From an uncultured Mycoplasmatota bacterium (GTDB lineage Bacteria; Bacillota_I; Bacilli_A; RF39; UBA660): a stretch of DNA of 64,000 nucleotides. The stretch's first letter is position 1. Every line of letters begins with the position of its first letter. The position numbers and the translations under genes are program-made. Shown piece after piece: positions 55,346-64,000 of the stretch. Where the stretch lies: NCBI GenBank assembly GCA_947571135.1, contig CANOWY010000004.1, forward strand, positions 19,474 to 83,473, written 5' to 3'. The notes under the pieces are model-generated. The model did no database searches and was not told the origin of the DNA. It saw only the letters and a program-made list of their open reading frames with translations.

Positions 55346-56710
55346 ATGGATTTAAAAGAATTATTTGATAATATAGAAAGTTTAAAAAATACAGAAGTTG
55401 AAATAAATGGTTGGATTCGTAATCACCGTAGACAAAAAGATTTTGGTTTTATCGACTTTAGCGATGGAACTTGTTTTAAACATATACAAATTGTATATGA
55501 TACAACACTTTCTAATTTTGAAGAAATTAGTCATATCTTAGTGGGTAGTGCTTTAAACGTGAAAGGAATGTTAGTTCCAAGTGAAGGCAAACAAGAGGTC
55601 GAAATTAAGGCAAGAGAAATCAATATCTTAGGAAATTGTCCCGATGATTATCCTATTCAACCCAAAAGACATACAAAAGAATTTTTACGTGAACAGGCTT
55701 ATCTTCGCCCTCGTACTAATCTTTTCCAAGCCGTATTTCGTGTACGTAGCACTGCTTCCTATGCTATTCATAAATACTTTCAAGACAAGGGATTTATATA
55801 CTTTCATGCTCCCTTACTTACTGCAAGTGATTGTGAAGGAGCAGGAGAAATGTTTCAAGTCACGACTTTACCAATAGACAAACTAAATGGTGAAATTGAT
55901 TACTCTAAAGATTTTTTTGGGCGTATGACTAACCTAACTGTAAGTGGTCAATTAGAAGCCGAAACATTTGCAACTGCCTATAAAAAGACATATACATTTG
56001 GCCCAACATTTAGAGCAGAAAACTCAAACACCAAAACCCATGCGGCAGAATTTTGGATGGTTGAACCCGAAATGTGTTTCTGTGATTTAGAAGGCGACAT
56101 GGACGTTATGGAGGATATGCTTAAATATATCGTTTCCTATGTTTTAGAAAACTGTCCTGATGAAATGAACTTTTTTAATGAATTTGTAGAAAAAGGAATT
56201 TTAGAAAAATTAAATAAATTGTTAAACTCTAAATTTACTAGAATTGACCATGAAGAAGCCATTACAATACTAAAAAATGCTGATGTAAAATGGGAGTTTA
56301 CTCCTGAGTATGGAGAAGATATCGCCAAAGAACATGAGCGTTACATCACTGAATACTTTGATGGACCTGTATTTATTAAAAACTGGCCAAAAGACATTAA
56401 AGCCTTCTATATGAAACAAAACGAAGATGGTAAAACCGTTGCGGCAGTCGACTTAGAAGTACCTGGTGCAGGAGAACTAATGGGTGGAAGCCAAAGAGAA
56501 GAAGACTATGAAAAGTTAGTTACTCGTATGAAAGAAATGGGTATGGATAGTGAAGGACTTGATTGGTACTTAAACTTAAGAAGATATGGGACATGTGTTC
56601 ATTCTGGATTTGGTATGGGATTCGAAAGACTATTAATCTATCTAACAGGGGTAGATAATATTCGTGATGTTATCCCTTATCCTAGAACACCAGGAAATTG
56701 TGAGTTTTAA
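55346..56710 (+). CDS. asnS: Asparagine--tRNA ligase
   Basis: DCEGAGEMF, LTVSGQL, FGPTFRAENSNT, GFGMGFERL. Confidence 0.98.
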   Translation: MDLKELFDNIESLKNTEVEINGWIRNHRRQKDFGFIDFSDGTCFKHIQIVYDTTLSNFEEISHILVGSALNVKGMLVPSEGKQEVEIKAREINILGNCPDDYPIQPKRHTKEFLREQAYLRPRTNLFQAVFRVRSTASYAIHKYFQDKGFIYFHAPLLTASDCEGAGEMFQVTTLPIDKLNGEIDYSKDFFGRMTNLTVSGQLEAETFATAYKKTYTFGPTFRAENSNTKTHAAEFWMVEPEMCFCDLEGDMDVMEDMLKYIVSYVLENCPDEMNFFNEFVEKGILEKLNKLLNSKFTRIDHEEAITILKNADVKWEFTPEYGEDIAKEHERYITEYFDGPVFIKNWPKDIKAFYMKQNEDGKTVAAVDLEVPGAGELMGGSQREEDYEKLVTRMKEMGMDSEGLDWYLNLRRYGTCVHSGFGMGFERLLIYLTGVDNIRDVIPYPRTPGNCEF

Positions 56711-56727
56711 GGAAGAAGAATTAAAGC

Positions 56728-57252
56728 ATGAATAATAGCGAAAAGATATTAATAAATCAATTGTTAAAAGGGCAAGAATATTTAATTAGTGAATGCTTAT
56801 ATAAAAGAGGATATGAATTTGTTAAAAGTATTTTAGAAAATGAGACTTTGGTTAAAGAAGAATATAAGGATTTACGTACATCAACTATTTGGAACAGTAG
56901 CAAAAACGAAATAGAAATAAAACTAAATTTAACATTTTGGAATGACGACAGATATAAACATTTACTTAAACCTACTATTTTTTCAATTAATAGTTTGCAA
57001 ATTAAAAATAATATTCTATTATTAGAAAAATATTGCATAAGTCCTTTTATTACTATAAATTGTCTGCGAAAAAACACATACGACTTAGAACAATTAATTG
57101 AATTCCTAATAGAAAAAGAGATAGAACTTATTGTGGACGATAAAAAAGGCGGGAAAAAATTAACTCCAATTTTAAGTGCAAGCAATAAGGTATTAAAAGA
57201 GAAGTATGGAATTGATATAAAAAATATAAGACAAAGAGGAAGAGTAGCGTGA
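56728..57252 (+). CDS. Hypothetical protein
   Basis: 174-aa ORF in operon; no motif recognised. Confidence 0.6.
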   Translation: MNNSEKILINQLLKGQEYLISECLYKRGYEFVKSILENETLVKEEYKDLRTSTIWNSSKNEIEIKLNLTFWNDDRYKHLLKPTIFSINSLQIKNNILLLEKYCISPFITINCLRKNTYDLEQLIEFLIEKEIELIVDDKKGGKKLTPILSASNKVLKEKYGIDIKNIRQRGRVA

Positions 57253-57512
57253 ATATAGAAGAAATAATAGAAAAGTTTGAAAAAAGTACTTTACGTAATA
57301 TCAACCAAGAAAATATGTTTAAAATTATCAAATTTTTGCAATTACAAAATTGTGATTTTTTAGAAGATATTATAGAAGATTATTTAGATCTATTTACTTT
57401 TGAATTTGATGATTTTGTTTGTAAATATAATAAGTTAAATGAAAAATACAACAATAAGTTTTTAGTAGAGGCTAGTTTGGATATGAACAAACTAGAGGAA
57501 TTCTATTATTAG
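57249..57512 (+). CDS. Small acidic hypothetical protein
   Basis: GTGA-coupled to the previous ORF. Confidence 0.6.
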   Translation: MNIEEIIEKFEKSTLRNINQENMFKIIKFLQLQNCDFLEDIIEDYLDLFTFEFDDFVCKYNKLNEKYNNKFLVEASLDMNKLEEFYY

Positions 57513-57523
57513 GAGGTGCTATT

Positions 57524-58345
57524 GTGGATTTAGCAAATATAATTTATCGCTATGTCAATCGCTTTATCAATAGTGAAGAATTAATTGAACTTCTCAAAAA
57601 CATGGATACAAAAAATTTTTCTGATAACGAAAGAAGTGAATTAAATAATCTTTTACAAGAAGTAAAAGAAACTATAAATACTACGGAAATCAAAATAGAC
57701 CAAGTAGAAATCAATAGGCTAACTATGATAAATCGCTTATTAGATTCATTTGACAATATCAAAATAAGTGAAGAAATGAACGATAAAGCAAAAAAAGAGC
57801 CAATCAAATTTATAGAAAAAACACACAAGGAATTACTAGAAGACAAAGAAAAAGTGAGAGATAGTGGTCCACGCTATGAAAAACTTTTCGAAATTTTAAC
57901 CCATTTTCCATTATATAATAAGGCCTGCTTACAAATGGATGATTTAGAACTTCTAGAATTTATTACACAATATATTTCTGTACCTTTACCACCACCAATT
58001 AATCAAGAATATTTTGACGATTTAATTGAAGTTGGTATTAAAGAAGATAAAAGAGAATCTATATGGCGAATGGCTATGAATTATAATCGTAAAGGCAAAG
58101 ATTTTTCTAAAATCGTCGATTATTTCATAGAAAAAAGAGACGATTATTATTTAGCAGAGTTGATTAGTGGTGTAGAAGAAGATTTAGATTTAGATTCTGT
58201 AATTGATAAAGCCTTAAAAACAGAAGATATCGAATTTTTAAGAAAAATGACACAACACGAATTTTTAATGCCAATATTTACGGATGTTCAGAAAGAAAAA
58301 GTAAAAAAGAAAATTCAAAAAGGAAAGAAAGAAGAGAAGAAATGA
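57524..58345 (+). CDS. Hypothetical protein
   Basis: AGGAGGT RBS; 273 aa. Confidence 0.65.
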   Translation: MDLANIIYRYVNRFINSEELIELLKNMDTKNFSDNERSELNNLLQEVKETINTTEIKIDQVEINRLTMINRLLDSFDNIKISEEMNDKAKKEPIKFIEKTHKELLEDKEKVRDSGPRYEKLFEILTHFPLYNKACLQMDDLELLEFITQYISVPLPPPINQEYFDDLIEVGIKEDKRESIWRMAMNYNRKGKDFSKIVDYFIEKRDDYYLAELISGVEEDLDLDSVIDKALKTEDIEFLRKMTQHEFLMPIFTDVQKEKVKKKIQKGKKEEKK

Positions 58346-60108
58346 TGAAACAATATAACAATGGAGAATTTAGAAAAAAAGATATAGGAAAAAAATATAC
58401 GGTTTACGGTTGGGTAAACAAACGTCGTGATATGGGAGGTGTTATATTCGTTGATTTACGAGACCGCTCAGGATTCTTACAAGTCGTATTCAATAGAGGA
58501 TTTTTAAAAAGTGATTTCGAAGTGGCTGAAAGTTTAAAAAACGAATATTGTATTAAAGTGAGTGGAGAATTAATTGCCCGTACTGATGATATGATTAACC
58601 CTAAAATTCCAACAGGGGAAGTAGAATTAATGGTGGAAACTCTAGAAATACTAAGCGAGTGTGAAACATTACCCTTTAATGTCTATGATAATGACACAGA
58701 AGTAAATGAAAACGTTGGGTTAAAATATCGTTATCTAGACCTTAGAAGAGATAAATTAAAAGAGAACATTTTAATCCGTCATCAAGTATGCCAAAGTGCT
58801 AGAGAATACTTAAATAATTTAGGATTCATTGAAATCGAAACCCCAATTCTTTGTAAATCAACTCCTGAAGGAGCAAGAGATTATTTAGTTCCTTCTAGAA
58901 TCAATAAGGGTGCTTTCTACGCACTTCCACAAAGTCCTCAAATATTTAAACAACTTTTAATGGTCTCTGGTTTTGAGCGTTACTACCAAATTGCTAGAAG
59001 TTTTCGTGATGAAGATTTACGTGCTGATAGACAACCTGAATTTACGCAAATTGATTTAGAAATGAGTTTTGCAGAAGAAGAAGATGTTTGGAATGTTACA
59101 GAGGGAATGATTAAAAAAATCGTAAAAGATGTAAAAGGAATAGAACTCCCAACATTTCCACGTATAACTTATAAAGAAGCCATGGATCGATTTGGAACAG
59201 ACAAACCAGATACACGTTTTGAAATGGAACTTTTAGATTTAACCGAAATTCTAAAAGGAACTAAAATGAATGTATTTAATAATGTTATTGAAAGTGGAGG
59301 CATTGTAAAATGTCTAATTGTTAAAAATAACGGGGATAAATATTCTAGAAGTGACGTAGAACACCTAACAGATTTTGTGAAAATTTATGGTGCTAAAGGA
59401 CTTGCTTGGTTAAAATACGATAATGATACGTTTAATGGGGTAATTGCTAAAAATCTAGAAGAAGAAAAATTAGCCCAAATGAAAGAAACTTATCATATTG
59501 AAAACAACGATTTAATCTTAATTGTCGCTGATACAAAAAAAATAGTTTATGCTTCTTTAGGGGCATTGAGAAACAAAATAGCAAAAGAATTAAATTTAAT
59601 CGATGAAACAAAATTAAATTTCCTTTGGCTTACAGACTTTCCTTTCTTTGAATATTCGGAAACCGAAGGAAGATGGAAAGCAGAACACAATCCATTTACT
59701 ATGGTTCGTGATATTAATACCATTATTGACCCCGAAAATTGTATTTCCAGAAGTTATGATTTGGTCGTAAATGGATATGAACTAGCAAGTGGAGGTGTCC
59801 GTAATCACAAAAAAGAAGATTTGGCAAAAATATTTAAAGCCTTAAGTATAAGTGAGGAAGAAGCAAACCTTCGTTTTGGATTTGTTCTAGAAGCGTTTAA
59901 ATATGGAGTTCCACCTCATGCTGGAATTGCTCCAGGTCTTGAAAGACTTGTAATGGTTCTAACAGGAACAAACGATATAAAAGACGTAATAGCATTCCCG
60001 AAAACCCAAAGTGCAAGTGACCTAATGAGTGAGGCTCCAACAGAAGTAAGTCCAAAGCAACTAGAAGAATTAGGAATTGAAATAATAAAGGAGGAAGAAA
60101 ATGTCTAA
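58342..60108 (+). CDS. aspS: Aspartate--tRNA ligase
   Basis: RRDMGGVIFVDLRD, TPEGARDY, LPQSPQ, FRDEDLRADRQPEFTQ, GAD insert. Confidence 0.98.
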   Translation: MMKQYNNGEFRKKDIGKKYTVYGWVNKRRDMGGVIFVDLRDRSGFLQVVFNRGFLKSDFEVAESLKNEYCIKVSGELIARTDDMINPKIPTGEVELMVETLEILSECETLPFNVYDNDTEVNENVGLKYRYLDLRRDKLKENILIRHQVCQSAREYLNNLGFIEIETPILCKSTPEGARDYLVPSRINKGAFYALPQSPQIFKQLLMVSGFERYYQIARSFRDEDLRADRQPEFTQIDLEMSFAEEEDVWNVTEGMIKKIVKDVKGIELPTFPRITYKEAMDRFGTDKPDTRFEMELLDLTEILKGTKMNVFNNVIESGGIVKCLIVKNNGDKYSRSDVEHLTDFVKIYGAKGLAWLKYDNDTFNGVIAKNLEEEKLAQMKETYHIENNDLILIVADTKKIVYASLGALRNKIAKELNLIDETKLNFLWLTDFPFFEYSETEGRWKAEHNPFTMVRDINTIIDPENCISRSYDLVVNGYELASGGVRNHKKEDLAKIFKALSISEEEANLRFGFVLEAFKYGVPPHAGIAPGLERLVMVLTGTNDIKDVIAFPKTQSASDLMSEAPTEVSPKQLEELGIEIIKEEENV

Positions 60109-60406
60109 ATTTACGAGTGAATTAGTTGACGATTTAGCCGCCAAACTTCTAATCGGGCTAAGCCCCGAAGAAAACCAAATGGTATTAGATGAATTTGCTA
60201 TTATTGATGAAAACCTAAGCAAAGTCGATAGTTTCCAAAACATCAAAACAATTGAACCTATGACACATTGTCTAGATGATTTTACTTTTACATTAAGAGA
60301 AGATGAGGCAGAGCCTTCCATACCAATTGAAGACGCTTTAAGAAATTGTGATAAAACAGAAGGTAGAGAAGTAGAAGTACCAAAAGTAGTAGGAGGGGAG
60401 AATTAA
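60101..60406 (+). CDS. gatC: Asp/Glu-tRNA amidotransferase subunit C
   Basis: EPMTH, LRED, VPKVV; precedes gatA. Confidence 0.88.
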   Translation: MSKFTSELVDDLAAKLLIGLSPEENQMVLDEFAIIDENLSKVDSFQNIKTIEPMTHCLDDFTFTLREDEAEPSIPIEDALRNCDKTEGREVEVPKVVGGEN

Positions 60407-61866
60407 TGGATAAAACAATAGAAGAATTACATAACCTCTTAAAATCAGGAGAAGTAACAAGCAGAGAACTAATTGAAGAATCTTTAAAAAAATCGCATGA
60501 AATACAAGAAAAATACAACGCATTTGTTACCATTTTAGATGACGCAAAAGAAACAAATGTTACCGATCATTTTCTTTCTGGTATTCCTTTTGGAATTAAA
60601 GATAACTATTCAACAAAAGATATTTTGTCTACTGGCTCATCAAATACTCTAAAAGATTATGTTCCATTTTTTACGGCAACCGCTGTACAAAAGTTATTAG
60701 ATGTAGGAGCAGTACCAGTTAATAAAACAGTTCTAGATGAATTTGGAATGGGAGGAACTGGTACAACAGGACATACAGGAATTGTCAAAAATCCTTGGGA
60801 TACTACACGTATGACAGCAGGATCTAGTGCAGGAAGTGCTTGTGCCGTTGCCTCTGGCGTATACCCTTATGCCTTAGGAAGTGACACTGGAGATTCTATT
60901 CGAAAACCTGCTGCTTACTGTGGAATTGTTGGCTACAAACCTACTTATGGTATGATTTCAAGATACGGATTATTTGCATTTGCTTCAAGTCTAGACCACT
61001 GTGGGGTTTTAACAAGAAGTGTAGCAGATGCTGCAATCGTTACTGATACCACGAAAGGGATAGACGAACATGACATGACTTCATGGGATTCTAGCGATAT
61101 TCATTTATATGACAGTTTAAATGGAGACGTAAAGGATAAAAAATTATGTTACATCAAGGAACTATGTGACATTGAAGTTTATGAAAATCCAACAGAAGAA
61201 TTAAAAAAACATTTAGAAAACTTTATGAATTCTTTAGAAGTATGCAAAAGCCTTGGGATGAATGTAGAAGAAGTATCCGTAGATAAACAACTCCTAGACG
61301 CCTTACCAAGTGTTTATGTTGCTATATCTTGCGCAGAAGCAACAAGCAACATGTCTAACCTAACAGGTATTATCTTCGGTCCAAGAGGAGAGGGGAAAAA
61401 TGTTACCGAAATGATGATGGATCACCGTACAAAAGGTTTTTCTCCTTTAATCAAAAGACGTTTTATTATCGGTTCTTATATTTTACAAAAAGAAAACCAA
61501 GAAAGATATTTTAAAAATGCCCAGAGAGTTAGAAGAATGCTTGTTGATACTTGGAAAAATTTATTTAAATCGTATGATGCCGTTATCTTACCCGTTGGAA
61601 GTGGACCTGCTAAACACCTAGATGAGTCTAAAGACATTTTAACCAAAGACACTGCTGCATTAGAAGAACACTTGCAAGTTGGAAACTTTGGAGGATTTCC
61701 CTCTATCACCATTCCTAATGGATTTATAAATGATTTACCAGTTGCTCTTAATATCACTGGAAACTGCTATGATGATGAAAACGTTTTAAATATTGCCTAT
61801 GCGATTGAAAGTAAAATGAATTATAAAAACCAAATAGCAAAGGAGGTACACCATGAGCAAATATAA
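60406..61866 (+). CDS. gatA: Asp/Glu-tRNA amidotransferase subunit A
   Basis: GIKDN, GSSAGSA, GSDTGDSIRKPA amidase signature. Confidence 0.95.
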   Translation: MDKTIEELHNLLKSGEVTSRELIEESLKKSHEIQEKYNAFVTILDDAKETNVTDHFLSGIPFGIKDNYSTKDILSTGSSNTLKDYVPFFTATAVQKLLDVGAVPVNKTVLDEFGMGGTGTTGHTGIVKNPWDTTRMTAGSSAGSACAVASGVYPYALGSDTGDSIRKPAAYCGIVGYKPTYGMISRYGLFAFASSLDHCGVLTRSVADAAIVTDTTKGIDEHDMTSWDSSDIHLYDSLNGDVKDKKLCYIKELCDIEVYENPTEELKKHLENFMNSLEVCKSLGMNVEEVSVDKQLLDALPSVYVAISCAEATSNMSNLTGIIFGPRGEGKNVTEMMMDHRTKGFSPLIKRRFIIGSYILQKENQERYFKNAQRVRRMLVDTWKNLFKSYDAVILPVGSGPAKHLDESKDILTKDTAALEEHLQVGNFGGFPSITIPNGFINDLPVALNITGNCYDDENVLNIAYAIESKMNYKNQIAKEVHHEQI

Positions 61867-63310
61867 AGCATTGATAGGATTAGAAATGCATTGTGAGGTG
61901 AGCAAAACAAAATCAAAAGTATTTAGTTCTGCAGAAAATTCTTACAAAGAAACACCAAATGCAAATATCCAACCTTTAGATATGGGGTTCCCGGGAACAT
62001 TGCCAGTTTTAAATAAAGAAGCAGTAAAATTATCTCTTATGGCGAGCATTATCTTACATTGTCGCCAACCAGAATATATGTATTTTGAAAGAAAAAATTA
62101 TTATTATCCTGATATGCCTAAAAATTACCAAATCACGCAAAATCCACCAGAAGACTGTGTAGGAATGGAAGGATACGTAGATATAGAAAGAGAAGATGGT
62201 TCCATCTTTAGAGTAGGAATTGATAATATCCATTTAGAAGAAGATGCCGCTTCCTTAGATCATTTTTATTCTACAAGTAATATTGATTACAATCGTGCGG
62301 GTGTTCCTTTATTAGAACTTGTTACCTATCCTGATATGCATAGTGCAAAAGATGCTGTTTCTTTCTTAGAACATATGCGCCAAGTATACCAATATGCCGA
62401 TATTAGCGATGCTGATACAAAAAAAGGTCAAATTAGGTGTGATGTCAATATTTCGATTATGGAAGATTCTTTAGATGAGACGGACCCTGAAAATTGGGGA
62501 GTAAAAGTAGAAATTAAAAACGTGAATTCTTTTGGAGGAGTAAGAGATGCCATTAACTATGAAATTGAACGTCAAACAAAGTTAAAAGAAACCGGTGAAT
62601 ACGACGAAATGGAACAACAAACTCGTCGTTGGGACGAAGAGTCTGGTACCACGATTTATATGCGTAGCAAAGTAGATGCTATTGATTATAAGTATTTTGT
62701 TGATCCAAATTTACCAAAATTTAAAATTGATTCTGCATGGGTAGAAGAAATTAGAAATTCTATTCCACCTCTTGCTCACGAACGTAAACAAAAGTATATC
62801 AATGAATACGGATTAACGAATTATGATGCTAGTGTAATCGTCAAAGAAAAAGCACAAGCCGAATATTTTGAGGAATGCCTAAAGTTAGGAATTGATGCGA
62901 AAACGGCAAGTAACTGGCTCACTACGCAAATTCTCGGAGAAATTAACAGAGAAGAAATAAACCTAAAAGACTTCTACTTAACTCCTGCTTTATTAAAACA
63001 AATCATTGACGAAATCAACAAAGGAACCATCTCTTCTAAACAAGCGAAAGAAATATTCTATAAATCCATAGAAGAAAAGAAAGAGCCAAAAACTTATATT
63101 AGTAGCGATATGGCGCAAATTTCTGATAAAAGAGAATTAGAATCCATTATTAATAAAGTATTGGAAGAGAACCAAAGTCAAGTTGCAGAATATAAGAATG
63201 GTAAAGACAACTTATTTGATTACTTTGTAGGACAAGTTATGAAGAACACTAGAGGAAAAGCAAACCCTGTTATTACAAAAGAAATATTAAAAGAGAAACT
63301 TGATAAGTAA
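61853..63310 (+). CDS. gatB: Asp/Glu-tRNA amidotransferase subunit B
   Basis: IGLEMH, RKNYYYPD, HLEED, RCDVNIS, GQVMK.TRGKANP. Confidence 0.97.
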   Translation: MSKYKALIGLEMHCEVSKTKSKVFSSAENSYKETPNANIQPLDMGFPGTLPVLNKEAVKLSLMASIILHCRQPEYMYFERKNYYYPDMPKNYQITQNPPEDCVGMEGYVDIEREDGSIFRVGIDNIHLEEDAASLDHFYSTSNIDYNRAGVPLLELVTYPDMHSAKDAVSFLEHMRQVYQYADISDADTKKGQIRCDVNISIMEDSLDETDPENWGVKVEIKNVNSFGGVRDAINYEIERQTKLKETGEYDEMEQQTRRWDEESGTTIYMRSKVDAIDYKYFVDPNLPKFKIDSAWVEEIRNSIPPLAHERKQKYINEYGLTNYDASVIVKEKAQAEYFEECLKLGIDAKTASNWLTTQILGEINREEINLKDFYLTPALLKQIIDEINKGTISSKQAKEIFYKSIEEKKEPKTYISSDMAQISDKRELESIINKVLEENQSQVAEYKNGKDNLFDYFVGQVMKNTRGKANPVITKEILKEKLDK

Positions 63311-63355
63311 TCATTTTAAGTATATAATAAGCATAAATTTTAGGAAGTGTTAAAT

Positions 63356-64000
63356 ATGTTACTACCAAAAAGATTAAAAAGACGTATGATAAAAAATGGT
63401 GAAAATCCTACTGAAAAATTATTGCGTAAATTAATTAGTTTACAATTTCCTGAAGAGGTAGATGTATTAGACGAAAAAAATGCAATTGTAGTTTTTAGAG
63501 ATAACGAAAATGCTTTATTAGTCCATTATAGACTACTAGGCGGTAAGTTAATAAAAGTAAGCCAAAAAGTTTCATTTTCCTATGATTACTTTGAAGATAA
63601 ATTTGATTTTATTAATCAATTGTCTTTATTGAAAAGAGCCAATAATAGAGAAGATTTTAGTCTAACATATAAATATAAAAATGGTTCTTATATTATAAAA
63701 GATGGAATCTGGAATACCATAACTTTTGAAGGAAAAAATGGATTATTTAAAAAATATAGATGTGCTTTAGGCATGATAAAAATTGCATCCGACTATGAAA
63801 ATGACGATAATTATTCCTTTATAAATCCTGTTACAGAAGAAAAAGTTACAGAAACGTTTGAAGTAAATGATGGAAACTACTATGCTATTTTAAATTTAGA
63901 TGGAACAATTAGAGGAAACAAATTATTTAAAGGAAATTCATTTTCTAAAGTAGAAGAAATTATTGATTTAAACGACTATGAATCTTTAGAAACATTTATA
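63356..64000 (+). CDS. Hypothetical protein, 3'-truncated by the window edge
   Basis: ATG at 63356 after AGGAAG; frame MLLPKRLKRRMIK... appears open to the end of the window. Confidence 0.6.
   Translation, partial: MLLPKRLKRRMIKNGENPTEKLLRKLISLQFPEEVDVLDEKNAIVVFRDNENALLVHYRLLGGKLIKVSQKVSFSYDYFEDKFDFINQLSLLKRANNREDFSLTYKYKNGSYIIKDGIWNTITFEGKNGLFKKYRCALGMIKIASDYENDDNYSFINPVTEEKVTETFEVNDGNYYAILNLDGTIRGNKLFKGNSFSKVEEIIDLNDYESLETFI

Noticed and set aside
53344-63310. asnS together with gatCAB and aspS as an unusual redundancy
   Set aside because: GatCAB is needed for Gln-tRNA formation in most Bacillota; co-occurrence with AsnRS is normal

Overview
AT-rich chromosome segment from a reduced-genome, low-GC Bacillota (Bacilli). 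An RF39-like gut lineage is my inference, not demonstrated. The backbone follows Bacillus-like synteny: radC-mreCD-spoIVFAB-rplU-prp-rpmA ... obgE ... ruvAB-queA-tgt-yrzE-yrbG-spoVB-comN-rel-dtd ... T-box-hisS-asnS-aspS-gatCAB. It also carries a Tad/Flp pilus operon, a divergent SigA paralog and many lineage-specific hypothetical genes inserted singly between core genes. The stand-out feature is an ~8.2 kb cassette array (40.4-48.6 kb) punctuated by six near-identical ~68 bp repeats plus one partial copy, each a terminator hairpin fused to an extended -10 promoter. Each repeat is followed by a start-less, usually deleted or frameshifted RHS core/toxin tip and an intact putative immunity gene. 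This looks like a repeat-delimited bank of orphan immunity genes; no recombinase is present in the window. Other notable items: an ISAs1-derived non-autonomous element carrying an XRE-VanZ passenger gene, a fic gene flanked by a duplicated hisS 3' end, a Rel with a degenerate hydrolase motif, intact sigmaE-type sporulation promoters, and several recent nonsense/frameshift lesions in accessory genes. All annotations come from reading the sequence and motif recognition only; no database searches were run.
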